From a virus, in the IMG/VR virus record IMGVR_UViG_3300033150_001135, positions 1 through 64,000 of that record: a stretch of 64,000 nt of DNA; one strand, given 5' to 3'. The position numbers were made by a program, and so were the translations under genes. This document shows, one piece after another, positions 1 to 8,850 of this stretch; positions within the stretch are counted from its first letter, which is position 1; each line of letters opens with the position of its first letter. Under the pieces are notes generated by a model, which was not told the origin of the DNA, did not search any database, and worked only from the letters and a program-made list of their open reading frames with translations.

Positions 1-116
1 ATCAATTGAAGTTAGGAAGAGAAAGATTAAGAGACTCGAAGGACATTTGCGAAATCTTAAGAAGAAGAATCCAGGACTTAGTTAAAAATATTAAGATGAA
101 AGGAGGCAAATAAGAA

Positions 117-335
117 ATGGGAGGACGAGGAGCCGCAGGAGGCGGTGGAGGAAGTAAGAAAAGTACCGTAACCGCAAGAGAAAAAGAAATTCTTGGTAGT
201 GCTAAACGAGTTGCACGAGGTTTAGAACCAGGCGATCGTGCTTTATTTATGAGTAGTGTTAGAGGGTTTTTAAGTAAGAAAGACTATACGGGAGCAAAAG
301 CTTTCGTAAGTAATGTTGAGAATTTAGGGGTATAG
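117..335 (+). CDS. Small basic protein with MGGRG Gly-rich N-terminus
   Basis: ORF with AGGAGG RBS; begins MGGRGAAGGGGGS, an N-terminus seen recurrently in small phage proteins. Confidence 0.6.
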   Translation: MGGRGAAGGGGGSKKSTVTAREKEILGSAKRVARGLEPGDRALFMSSVRGFLSKKDYTGAKAFVSNVENLGV

Positions 336-391
336 GTATAGAGTAGAGGGAGGTCAAGTAAACTAAATGAAAGGAAGTGATAACTAAGATA

Positions 392-508
392 ATGGCTAAG
401 AAAGGAGTTCCAAAGAGAGATGGTTCGGGACGTGGCACCAGGGCTAATCGTGGTCGTGGAGGATGTGGTAAGACTAGGAAGACAGGTCGTGGAAGTAATA
501 GGAGGTAG
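392..508 (+). CDS. 38-aa Arg/Gly-rich basic peptide, possibly nucleic-acid binding
   Basis: Read by hand, below the ORF-track cutoff: MAKKGVPKRDGSGRGTRANRGRGGCGKTRKTGRGSNRR. Confidence 0.55.
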   Translation: MAKKGVPKRDGSGRGTRANRGRGGCGKTRKTGRGSNRR

Positions 509-525
509 AGTAGTAGGTGTAGAGG

Positions 526-774
526 ATGAGAATATTTAGAAGGAGGATAAAGTTGTTCGTTTTGCTTAACCGAGGAGTTTGTTACAGGTTATTCGTAGTT
601 TTGATGAATTTCTTATTCAATTACTTTGCTATTAAAGGATTGATAAAGTTGGTAGTAAGTAATTATTTTGGATTCGCTATTGGTTACACCATTTGTTGGA
701 ATATTGTAAATACGTTGCTTTACTACTTGTTTCATTACGTGTGGGATAGAAATTTTAAACTAGGTAAGGATTAG
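526..774 (+). CDS. Small membrane protein, DUF2061-like
   Basis: Two hydrophobic segments; YR...NTLLYYLFHYVWDR pattern. Confidence 0.5.
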   Translation: MRIFRRRIKLFVLLNRGVCYRLFVVLMNFLFNYFAIKGLIKLVVSNYFGFAIGYTICWNIVNTLLYYLFHYVWDRNFKLGKD

Positions 775-804
775 GGGAGAGAAAGAGATAGATACGAGTA
801 AGAT

Positions 805-1389
805 ATGAGTAAAGTTTTAGTAAGAAGTAGAATTAAGTGTAAGAAATGTGGTGATGTTATAGAAAGTAAGCATCGACATGATTTCGTTACTTGCAGGTGC
901 GGGGCGGTATCGTTGGATGGAGGATTAGATTATACTAAAATATCTGGTGTGGATGGTACTTGGGAAGATGTGTCTGTATGGAGAGAAAAAGAAGAGGAAG
1001 AGAAAGAAACGGATATGAGTAAAGAAAGAAACGAGAAGTTTGATAAATTTGTTAGGTATTGTGAGTATTGGATAGATCAGTTTGAATTGAATGAATTCGA
1101 AGTTTTCTTCAGATGCGACAAAGTGGAAGGGGCTAGAGCTTGGAATAGCGTAGAGTTAAGTGCAATGACAGCGGAAGTAGGATTGAATAGTGAGCTTTGC
1201 CCAGTAATGTCTGATAAAGAATTGAATAGTCTGGCGTTTCATGAGATTACGGAGCTTTTGCTTAGTTTTATTTTAGAGCCACTGAGGAACTACAGTAGCG
1301 AGCAAGCGGTTGATAAAGAGCTACATAGAATTGTGCATAAGCTCTGGTACTGCGTAAAGAAACAAAATAAAGGGGGTAAGTTTGAATAG
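805..1389 (+). CDS. Zn-finger domain fused to a metallopeptidase-like domain
   Basis: CKKCGDVIES..HDFVTCRCGAVSLDGG; acidic linker with an internal Met; C-terminal AFHEITELL. Confidence 0.55.
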   Translation: MSKVLVRSRIKCKKCGDVIESKHRHDFVTCRCGAVSLDGGLDYTKISGVDGTWEDVSVWREKEEEEKETDMSKERNEKFDKFVRYCEYWIDQFELNEFEVFFRCDKVEGARAWNSVELSAMTAEVGLNSELCPVMSDKELNSLAFHEITELLLSFILEPLRNYSSEQAVDKELHRIVHKLWYCVKKQNKGGKFE

Positions 1390-1831
1390 TAAGCTTACAA
1401 AGCAGTTATACGAAAAGTATCCTGTAGTATTCGGACAGCATAAACTTCCAATGACAGAGACGGCGATGTGTTGGGGGTTCGATTGTGGCGATGGTTGGTA
1501 TAATATAATTGATTGTTTGGCGTTTCTTATACAGAGAGAGAACGAGAGGTTAAAAGAAGAGGATAGGAACGTTACAATACAGGCCACTCAGGTAAAGGAA
1601 AAATTGGGGACTTTGCGTTTCTATACTAACTACTCAACCGGCTACACCAGTGGTGCGATACATATGGCTGAAGCAATAAGCGGATGTATATGTGAGGTTT
1701 GTGGTTCCACTGACGGAGTATCGCAGACAGAAGGTTGGATACATACTTTATGTAAGAGATGTAAGAGGCGTTATACTAGGAGAGGATGGCTACGATCTCT
1801 TAAGTATAGGGTTAAGAAGTTAGTTAGTTAG
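1382..1831 (+). CDS. Conserved phage hypothetical protein with C-terminal Zn ribbon
   Basis: WGFDCGDGW...QVKEKLGTLRFY...CEVCG...GWIHTLC. Confidence 0.65.
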   Translation: MNSKLTKQLYEKYPVVFGQHKLPMTETAMCWGFDCGDGWYNIIDCLAFLIQRENERLKEEDRNVTIQATQVKEKLGTLRFYTNYSTGYTSGAIHMAEAISGCICEVCGSTDGVSQTEGWIHTLCKRCKRRYTRRGWLRSLKYRVKKLVS

Positions 1832-1846
1832 TAGGAGAAGGAGAAA

Positions 1847-2074
1847 GTGTTTATAATTGTAAAGAGAAGTAAAGGAAAGGAGAGTATTGGAGAAATGTTT
1901 GGATATAAGAAATTAAAGAGAAGGATTGCAAGTCTAGAAGATGGGATTGGTTTGATATGGGACGATGTTTGGAAAGTGCATGAAAAAGTAGCTGGAGGAC
2001 GTTTAGCACGTTTTGATGATATTGTTGATGAGGAAAAGAAGATAGAGAGAGAGGAGAAGTTCGAGTCCCGATGA
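1847..2074 (+). CDS. Hypothetical protein
   Basis: ORF with purine-rich RBS; start may be 1895. Confidence 0.35.
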   Translation: MFIIVKRSKGKESIGEMFGYKKLKRRIASLEDGIGLIWDDVWKVHEKVAGGRLARFDDIVDEEKKIEREEKFESR

Positions 2075-2420
2075 ATGTGGTAAGAGGAGAGTAAGAAGTA
2101 TAATAATAGGTAGGTAGAGAGAGAGATAGAAAGGATCGCGGAAGATAGAAAGTATAGAAGTAATTATTAGAGTTAGGAAAGAAGAGGGCGACCAGATGGA
2201 TAGGACGAAGGAGAAGATTATTCAGAGACTACGTGAGGAGAAGGACGAATATAATAAAAGATATAAGGAGTTAAATGAAAGATATAGAAGACTCGAAGTT
2301 ATCTTTCCTAAAGAAGGCTTTAGAATATTTACGATCTAGACACCAGGAGGTATATATGATGGTAGAAGGTATAGAAGAGGGAGAGTATAGAGTCAGAGGA
2401 TGGATGATAGAATAGAGAGT

Positions 2421-2454
2421 ATAGAAGGAATAGAAGGAATAGAAGGAATAGAAG
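2421..2454 (+). repeat. 9-bp tandem repeat (ATAGAAGGA), about 3.8 copies
   Basis: Directly visible. Confidence 0.85.
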
Positions 2455-2528
2455 TACTCGGAGGAATCGTCGAAGAGATGAGAAGGAATAAAAGAAGAAG
2501 AAAAATGTTGAGCATAATTCAACTCCTT

Positions 2529-2694
2529 CCCCGACCGTCTCTCGTTACTTTCAACGGTGGCAGCTTTGCTTCCCTAGGAGGAGGAGAAGGAAGGTTTTAT
2601 TATGTATGATGATTGGAGAGTAACGCACGTGATGGTTGATGTGATTGATTGTCTCGGAGAGAGAGGAGTAGAAAAGATAAAGGGATGGTCGGGG
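2529..2694 (+). ncRNA. Candidate structured RNA (multibranch)
   Basis: Nested helices 2529-2542/2681-2694 and 2543-2552/2616-2625; G-U pairs favour the + strand. Confidence 0.35.
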
Positions 2695-2823
2695 TCGTTT
2701 TTATTGGTTTCGGTTGTAGGGGAATGGTGATTAAACCAACGCATGCAAAAAATATATAATTTTTACAAAGAACTGACATGGCAATAATAACAAAAAAATA
2801 CTTTAAAAAGGAGTATAATAACA

Positions 2824-3006
2824 ATGCAAAAATCTAACAGTAAGGAAAGGATGAAAGGATTCCTTCTCCACATGCGCCCCTCGGACTTCGACCGAGTCCG
2901 ACGAGTGGCGAAGAGAGAGTCCCGCACGATTACATCTGTTGTGCGACAGGCACTCATGGCACTCGTGGAGAAGAAGGAACAAGAACACCAGCGGAACGAT
3001 GGATAA
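2824..3006 (+). CDS. Ribbon-helix-helix (CopG/Arc-like) DNA-binding protein
   Basis: FLLHM strand, DFDRVRRVAKRE helix, TITSVVRQAL helix. Confidence 0.7.
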   Translation: MQKSNSKERMKGFLLHMRPSDFDRVRRVAKRESRTITSVVRQALMALVEKKEQEHQRNDG

Positions 3007-3346
3007 CGATCGACTACAACAATTCCTACGTCGAAAGATATCGGTAGAACGAGTCACCGACTACATCCTCAACTCAGTAATGGTAAAAGTATTCACCGAC
3101 ATGGACTCTACCAGAGACGAGGTTACAAAAGAAGCGGTGCTAAAGTTGAAATGGGACGTGGTATATGGTACCTTGTTTCTACTAGCCCTAGATTCGGGGC
3201 TTACGGAACAAGAGGCATCCTTCGTGGCAAACTCTTACGGGATACTTTACGGGAACAGCTACCAAGAAACGAAGCGGCTACGAAGGAGTCTTCGACCTTT
3301 CTTCGTTGCACGTAACGATAAGGAGCTGGAACGATGGAAAAATTGA
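2999..3346 (+). CDS. Hypothetical protein (start reassigned to MDNDRL)
   Basis: ATG at 2999 overlaps the end of the RHH gene. Confidence 0.55.
   Translation: MDNDRLQQFLRRKISVERVTDYILNSVMVKVFTDMDSTRDEVTKEAVLKLKWDVVYGTLFLLALDSGLTEQEASFVANSYGILYGNSYQETKRLRRSLRPFFVARNDKELERWKN
3319..3344 (+). repeat. 26-bp direct repeat, left copy (TAAGGAGCTGGAACGATGGAAAAATT)
   Basis: Identical to 6548-6573. Confidence 0.95.
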
Positions 3347-3366
3347 TTCTCTAAAAGGAGGTTAAA

Positions 3367-3633
3367 ATGACAATAAAAGACAAACTTAATTCCGCCTGGC
3401 AAACCAATAAGGCTATGGACGCTGTATTTGAATTCAGGGCACAAGCTGAAAATGCTTATAACGTCCTCCAGGAGACGATTGCAAGGATTGATGAGATTAT
3501 AGCAGGTGCGAGCTTCAAGGACGTTGATTCAGAGATTAAAAGCGAAGGCTCTGCTATTCGTAGTATCTTGATTCAGTCAAAGTCTGCCCTGGATGAGCAT
3601 AAGGATTTTATAAACTGGAGGCAACCTGAATAA
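3367..3633 (+). CDS. Hypothetical helical protein, first gene of the cassette
   Basis: AAGGAGG RBS; coupled to the next ORF. Confidence 0.6.
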   Translation: MTIKDKLNSAWQTNKAMDAVFEFRAQAENAYNVLQETIARIDEIIAGASFKDVDSEIKSEGSAIRSILIQSKSALDEHKDFINWRQPE

Positions 3634-4718
3634 TGGCTAAATCCATAACAAAGCCAGGTTCCACTATAATTTGCACTGGTGGTACATCTGGTGATCCCAT
3701 TACAATGCAGGACATATGCGATGAAGACACAGCTCAAGGATGGGGGGTGGCCACTGCTTATGGTAACGGATTTTTTCAAATTGCGGCCGATTTGGATATT
3801 GGGGATGGTTCTACGTCAACTTATGTTATAATTCAGGCTGGCGAGGCTGTTGATATGACAGGGTTTTCGCCACAGATTAAAGCTAATGCTACGTTTAATA
3901 TAGGGGAGATTTCAAATATCTTCTATGCTAAAGGTGCTGCCTTCCTAAAATACACAGGAGGTTGGGTATCAAAGCCCTTTGCATCGGGTGGTGTTTTTAA
4001 TATGTATAATGCCCACCTTGTTGCAGCGGCGGGAGGAACACGAATTGAAAATTGTCCGACTACTATTTTTAATTCAACCGTTTCATCGCCAGTTTACACT
4101 TATTGGCAGATTAAAAGTACTACATATGATATTACTTCTCTTTATATATATGGAGCTCTTAATCTTGTTTTGAGTTCAGGGACTTTAGATGATGTTCATG
4201 GAGAACGTGCAGTTGAAGATGGTCTTACTGTAGGATTCGGTGATGCGTTGGTTGAAAATTTACTGATAACCAATTCCAGTGGGGCAAAAATTTATATGGG
4301 TACTGCTAATACTATAACTTTAAAAAACCCAAGATGGTTGCCAGTGCAGGGAGATTTTACTCTAGCTACCGATGCTGAGGCACATCTTGTCTATACTTGC
4401 AATATCCACATAGCCGATAAAGACGGGAATAATCTCTCTGGAGTAACTATTCTTTGTCAAGACAAAGATGGCAATACGATATTTTCTGTAAATACAGGAG
4501 CGGATGGCAAGATTGCTGAACAAACGATAACTTATAAGAAATGGGAAGACACACCTGAAACGGAAACGACTTATTCTCCCCATAAATTCACGATAACCAA
4601 AGCCGGCTATGAAACGCTTGTACTGGATAATATTACAGTGGACGAGCCGATAGACTGGCACCTTGAGTTACAGGATTCAGGAAGCCAGAGACCAAGACTT
4701 CAAATACATGGAGTTTAA
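3633..4718 (+). CDS. Putative virion fibre/decoration protein (beta-helix plus C-terminal beta-sandwich)
   Basis: Gly/Thr/Asn-rich beta pattern; C-terminal DKDGNNLSGVT...TITKAGYET carboxypeptidase-regulatory-like pattern. Confidence 0.5.
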   Translation: MAKSITKPGSTIICTGGTSGDPITMQDICDEDTAQGWGVATAYGNGFFQIAADLDIGDGSTSTYVIIQAGEAVDMTGFSPQIKANATFNIGEISNIFYAKGAAFLKYTGGWVSKPFASGGVFNMYNAHLVAAAGGTRIENCPTTIFNSTVSSPVYTYWQIKSTTYDITSLYIYGALNLVLSSGTLDDVHGERAVEDGLTVGFGDALVENLLITNSSGAKIYMGTANTITLKNPRWLPVQGDFTLATDAEAHLVYTCNIHIADKDGNNLSGVTILCQDKDGNTIFSVNTGADGKIAEQTITYKKWEDTPETETTYSPHKFTITKAGYETLVLDNITVDEPIDWHLELQDSGSQRPRLQIHGV

Positions 4719-4720
4719 TT

Positions 4721-5596
4721 ATGGCTTTACATAAAAACATAGCAAATCAAAAAGTCCTGATATTTGCCTGGGATACTGTCAATAAAGAGCCAAAAACAGG
4801 GGATGCAGGTAATATTACCGCATATATTTCTAAGGATGGGGGTGCGGCGGTACAATCGAATGATGTTAATCCGGTGGAAATTGATGCCACTAATCTTAAG
4901 GGCATATATGCTTTTGATTTAACGCAAGTTGAAACCAACTGTGATTTATTTGTTTTAAAGGCAGTAAGTTCAACCTCAGATGTAGAGATAGACCCCGTAA
5001 TCGTTTATACGGTTGTGCGGGATGATTATAAGGCAGATGTGTCGAATTTGGATGTGGCTGTTTCAAGTCGAGCACCTTCTGGTGAGTATGATACGGAAAT
5101 GGCAAGAATCACAGCTAATGTAGCAACCGAAGCAAAGCAAGATATAATAGACACGGTTGTGGATGCCATTAAAGGTAAGACTGATAACCTTCCAGTCGAC
5201 CCTGCTTCGGAGAGTAATGTGGATGCAAACGAGGCTAAAATAGACACAATAGATACAATTGTGGATGCTATTAAAGTGATAGTAGAGAATCTTCCAGATT
5301 CAGGAGCTTTGACGACTCTTATTGACCATTTGACTGACATAAAGGGTGTTGGCTGGACTGATGAGAATTTGAAAACTATCGATGCTCTGATAGATGCTAT
5401 TAAAGCTAAGACCGATACAATTAGCTGGGAAGATATAACTTTTCTCAAAGATATAGAAGGCGGCAAATGGCAAATTGTTGGCAATCAGATGATTTTCTAT
5501 AAGTCAGATAATTCCACTGAGGTGGCAAGATTTAATCTATTTAACGAGGCAGGTGCTCCTGCAATGATGAATGTGTTTAAGAGGGAGCGGGTATGA
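4721..5596 (+). CDS. Putative structural/fibre protein with coiled-coil repeats
   Basis: ITAYISKDGG...GIYAFDLTQ N-domain; repeated IDT(I/V)VDAIKxKTD units. Confidence 0.5.
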   Translation: MALHKNIANQKVLIFAWDTVNKEPKTGDAGNITAYISKDGGAAVQSNDVNPVEIDATNLKGIYAFDLTQVETNCDLFVLKAVSSTSDVEIDPVIVYTVVRDDYKADVSNLDVAVSSRAPSGEYDTEMARITANVATEAKQDIIDTVVDAIKGKTDNLPVDPASESNVDANEAKIDTIDTIVDAIKVIVENLPDSGALTTLIDHLTDIKGVGWTDENLKTIDALIDAIKAKTDTISWEDITFLKDIEGGKWQIVGNQMIFYKSDNSTEVARFNLFNEAGAPAMMNVFKRERV

Positions 5597-6025
5597 TTAT
5601 AACAAGAGGTTATGGGGAGCCTGATTTCCCAGCCGAAGGGGATGTTGAAAAGGGCGTCAAATACGACAATGAGACGAAAGAGGGAAATTTTGAAGCACCT
5701 GCTGAGGCCGATGTCAAAAAGGGTGTTGGCTATGGGGCTAATGGTGCAGAATTCGAGGGGGATTACGAAGCTGATTTTCCCGCAGAAGAGGATGTAGAGA
5801 AAGATGTAAGTTATGATGAAGGGGCAAAAGTCGGCAAATTCCATGTTCCCTCCCGAAGAAGAGGATGTTGAAGTCGGAGTCGGATATGGAGCTAATGGGA
5901 CGGAATTTGAAGGGACTTATTTAGGCTTGAAGGGTAATAATCTTGTGGCCTATCTTCAGAAAAGCGTTGACTTAGTCGGATACCTAGAAAATAAAGTTAG
6001 TCTTACAGGAGAATTAGAATCATGA
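5593..6025 (+). pseudogene. Repeat protein (PxExDVxxGVxYG units) split by a 4-bp duplication
   Basis: TCCC duplicated at 5847-5854; removing one copy joins 5593..5871 to 5813..6025 and restores the repeat register FHVPEEEDV. Confidence 0.7.
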
Positions 6026-6381
6026 GCGAATGGATTATAAAAAAGGGCAATACGGTGGTTCAGGATATTCCCATAAAAGATGAAGATGGAAATCTTGTTT
6101 CTAATTTAGCCGCCGCCACAGAAATAAAGTTTCAGATAAAGGCACTTAAGACAGGAGTGGCGTTGGTTGAAAAGACGGTTGGCTCAGGGATTGAAGTCAA
6201 TACGCCTTCAACGGGCTATTTGAGATTGACTTTATCAGCTACAGATACCGATCAGACTCCAAAAATCTATTATATGGGATTGCAAATAAGATGGGGAGCG
6301 GAAGTTAGGGAAGTCATTCTTAAAGTAGGTACTACTGAGGTACAGAACCTGGAAATTACCCAGGATATAGTAAATACATAA
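6022..6381 (+). CDS. BppU-like/Ig-fold structural protein
   Basis: IKDEDG...IKFQIK...GYLRLTLSATDT...YYMGLQI pattern of BppU N-terminal-like domains. Confidence 0.55.
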   Translation: MSEWIIKKGNTVVQDIPIKDEDGNLVSNLAAATEIKFQIKALKTGVALVEKTVGSGIEVNTPSTGYLRLTLSATDTDQTPKIYYMGLQIRWGAEVREVILKVGTTEVQNLEITQDIVNT

Positions 6382-6409
6382 AACGAGCGAGAGAAAAGGA
6401 GAGTAAACG

Positions 6410-6550
6410 ATGACAAAAGGTAAGGAAAGGATGAAAGGATTTCTTCTTCATATGTGTTTCTTGGACTTTGACTGGTTACGGCTACTTGAAGAGAAAGTTA
6501 AGGATGAAGACATAATCGGTTCTACATTGCTTGCTTGTTTTGGTAAGTAA
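6410..6550 (+). pseudogene. Degenerate partial copy of the RHH gene (46-aa ORF)
   Basis: 6420-6441 identical to 2840-2861, followed by C>T-diverged sequence. Confidence 0.75.
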
Positions 6551-6573
6551 GGAGCTGGAACGATGGAAAAATT
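6548..6573 (+). repeat. 26-bp direct repeat, right copy
   Basis: Identical to 3319-3344; supplies the RBS and ATG of the PQ-loop-like gene. Confidence 0.95.
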
Positions 6574-6913
6574 AGTTCTTCAAGACTTGGTAAACGGAGG
6601 GTTCGAGTTCGTTTCGAGTGCCTTTCTTTGGAACAACGTGCGAGTGTTGGTAAAAGACAAAGAGGTGCGTGGTTACTCTATCGTTACGGTCGTAGTGTTC
6701 TCTCTTTGGGGGTTTTGGAATTTGTACTACTATCCTTTCCTCCATCAAACGTTAAGTTTCGTGGCTGGAATTTCGGTGGTAGCGGCAAACACAGTTTGGG
6801 TCGTGTTGGCTTACTACTACAAGCACCGTTTCGGCGGTGACAGTAGCGATAAAAAAGGAGCAAGAGCCTGCAGACGAGGTTCTCACTCCCACCACAAGAT
6901 GCGAGATAAGTAA
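6563..6913 (+). CDS. PQ-loop/SemiSWEET-like 3-TM membrane protein
   Basis: Three hydrophobic helices; KDKEVRGYS...WGFWNLYYY. Confidence 0.55.
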   Translation: MEKLVLQDLVNGGFEFVSSAFLWNNVRVLVKDKEVRGYSIVTVVVFSLWGFWNLYYYPFLHQTLSFVAGISVVAANTVWVVLAYYYKHRFGGDSSDKKGARACRRGSHSHHKMRDK

Positions 6914-6946
6914 TGATGACGTCGTATAGAGAAGAAGGATACAGTA

Positions 6947-8539
6947 ATGGCAAATAGTTTCATTAGTAAAGTTAGAAATAGGCTTGCAGCAGCCCTGGCT
7001 ACTAAACCAGAGCAAAAGGACGTTTCGAAAAGTACGGAGTATCGGCGTCCCGACGTAGGCTCAGGGTTCTCCGCCTACCTACGCTCCAAGCAGCGAGAGG
7101 AGCAATGGTTCTTTTCCAATCGAAGAGCAGACAAGTATGACAAATACCGGTACTTGGATGATCAGTTAGCAGAGGCGTCTGCTGCCCTTAACGTATACGC
7201 TGACAATGTAGTTAGTGGCTCAATAGGTGGCGATGAGAACTACCGACTAGTAGTAGATAAGAATACCCCAAACGTGAAACGAGTGGAAGAGGTAGTTCAG
7301 TTTTCCGAGCAACGTTCTGGGGTGAAAGACCAAGTCAGAGACCTGGTCAGGAATACTATGAGAGACGGAGACCTTTGGACTGAGAACGTTTTTAGCCAAA
7401 GTTCCGAGAACGGACTTTTCTATCTGTTGAAACTTAAGCCGTTGCCGGTAAAGCAAATATTTGCCGATGTTGATGAAAGGGGTGTTTTTAAAGACCCTGA
7501 GTATCCATACTATCAACGTATAGGAGACGAGTTTGGTTCCGATAGAGACGTAATTAAGTTTGAGGATTGGAGAATCACTCATTTCAAAATAGGACGAGAT
7601 GTTTACGGGGTCGATCATAGTATCTTTGCTAAAGCTCCTTCTCGTATAGGTCGTCAACTGCTTTGGATAGATGAGAGTCTGGTGCTTGCACGGCTCTCCC
7701 GAGCATACCAGCGACTGGCATACTACATAGATACCACTGGTCTAAGCCCTGAGGAGAAGTGGGCTTACGTGCGTAAGTGGGCAGAGAACATGACAAAAAG
7801 AGATATAGTAGATCGGAGTACGGGACGAGTAGATCGTAGTGATGCCCCTCCTTTGCCTGACGAAGACATCTTTCTTCCGATTGACGAGAATGTGAGGACG
7901 AAGCAAGGTATCGAAGTTATCTCTGGTGACATGAACCTTGGTCGTATCGACGACGTGAAGTATCTGGAAAACAAATTCCTTATGTCAGTCAATGTTCCTA
8001 AAGCTTATGTGTCTTTGGAGGAAGGAACTAGGTCGAAAGCAACATTAACTCAAATTGATGTACAGTTTGCTCGTCAAGTACGTCGGGTGCAACGAATAAT
8101 GATACCGGGGCTGAGGAAGGTGTATGAAACGATATTCTATCTAAACGGTATCGACCCTCATGCGTTTAAATGGGATATAGTGTTTCCCGCCATGGGTACA
8201 ATGGATGAGATGTTGAAGTGGGAAATGCTTCAAGTTAAAGCACAAGTAGCAAAGATTCTAGCATCAGATATTGGTGCGGTTAATACGAGATGGGTGTTAG
8301 AATACTTGTTAGAAATGTCGGAGAAAGAGATAGAGAAGTACTCGTTCCTGGGGCCAATGACAGGAGTGACTGAGTATGAACAACTTCCTCCGGAGGTTGC
8401 CGATAGAGTTCGTAAGGACCCGCAAGTCCGACAAATACTGACCGATCTAAAAGAGCTTCTGGTTTGGAAAATGTCGTACGACCAGAAGATGAAAGATATG
8501 GATGTTGTTAACGACGACAACAAGAAAAAGGATGAGTAA
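6947..8539 (+). CDS. Portal protein, T4 gp20-like
   Basis: 530 aa; EASAALNVYADN, ARLSRAYQRLAYYIDT, DEDIFLP, IDDVKYLENK, DVQFARQVRRVQ. Confidence 0.9.
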   Translation: MANSFISKVRNRLAAALATKPEQKDVSKSTEYRRPDVGSGFSAYLRSKQREEQWFFSNRRADKYDKYRYLDDQLAEASAALNVYADNVVSGSIGGDENYRLVVDKNTPNVKRVEEVVQFSEQRSGVKDQVRDLVRNTMRDGDLWTENVFSQSSENGLFYLLKLKPLPVKQIFADVDERGVFKDPEYPYYQRIGDEFGSDRDVIKFEDWRITHFKIGRDVYGVDHSIFAKAPSRIGRQLLWIDESLVLARLSRAYQRLAYYIDTTGLSPEEKWAYVRKWAENMTKRDIVDRSTGRVDRSDAPPLPDEDIFLPIDENVRTKQGIEVISGDMNLGRIDDVKYLENKFLMSVNVPKAYVSLEEGTRSKATLTQIDVQFARQVRRVQRIMIPGLRKVYETIFYLNGIDPHAFKWDIVFPAMGTMDEMLKWEMLQVKAQVAKILASDIGAVNTRWVLEYLLEMSEKEIEKYSFLGPMTGVTEYEQLPPEVADRVRKDPQVRQILTDLKELLVWKMSYDQKMKDMDVVNDDNKKKDE

Positions 8540-8646
8540 TAGGAAAGATGAAAAGCCTACAGTGCTTAGAATTCGTAGAAGGATGCCTCCTCCTACAGGG
8601 ATACATCGTTCGAGACGTTATTTGAAAAAAGGTAGAAGATTGCGAT

Positions 8647-8844
8647 ATGATTGGAGACAAGAACTTGAAAAAGAGTACAGAGGCAATAACTTACTTAAGG
8701 GAAGACACTTTTGTGAAGAAATGGACGGAGGACTTGTTAGTATTTTTTCAAGTATTGACCCAAAGTGATAGTATAAAAGAGCGAAGTAAGATGATTGAAA
8801 TGAAACTGAGAAATCTTCTAGATGAGTATAAGAGGGAGGGGTAA
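8647..8844 (+). CDS. Hypothetical protein
   Basis: ORF track; overlaps a basic ORF at 8532-8768. Confidence 0.3.
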   Translation: MIGDKNLKKSTEAITYLREDTFVKKWTEDLLVFFQVLTQSDSIKERSKMIEMKLRNLLDEYKREG

Positions 8845-8850
8845 GTATCG

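Noticed and set aside
2059-2070. GTTCGAGTCCC T-loop-like sequence (also GGTTCGAATC near 54119)
   Set aside because: No T-stem pairing or cloverleaf; both lie in coding sequence.
2840-6484. Template/variable repeat pair of a diversity-generating retroelement
   Set aside because: Differences are C/T only rather than A-to-N on the coding strand, the target is not a C-terminal ligand-binding domain, and no reverse transcriptase is visible.
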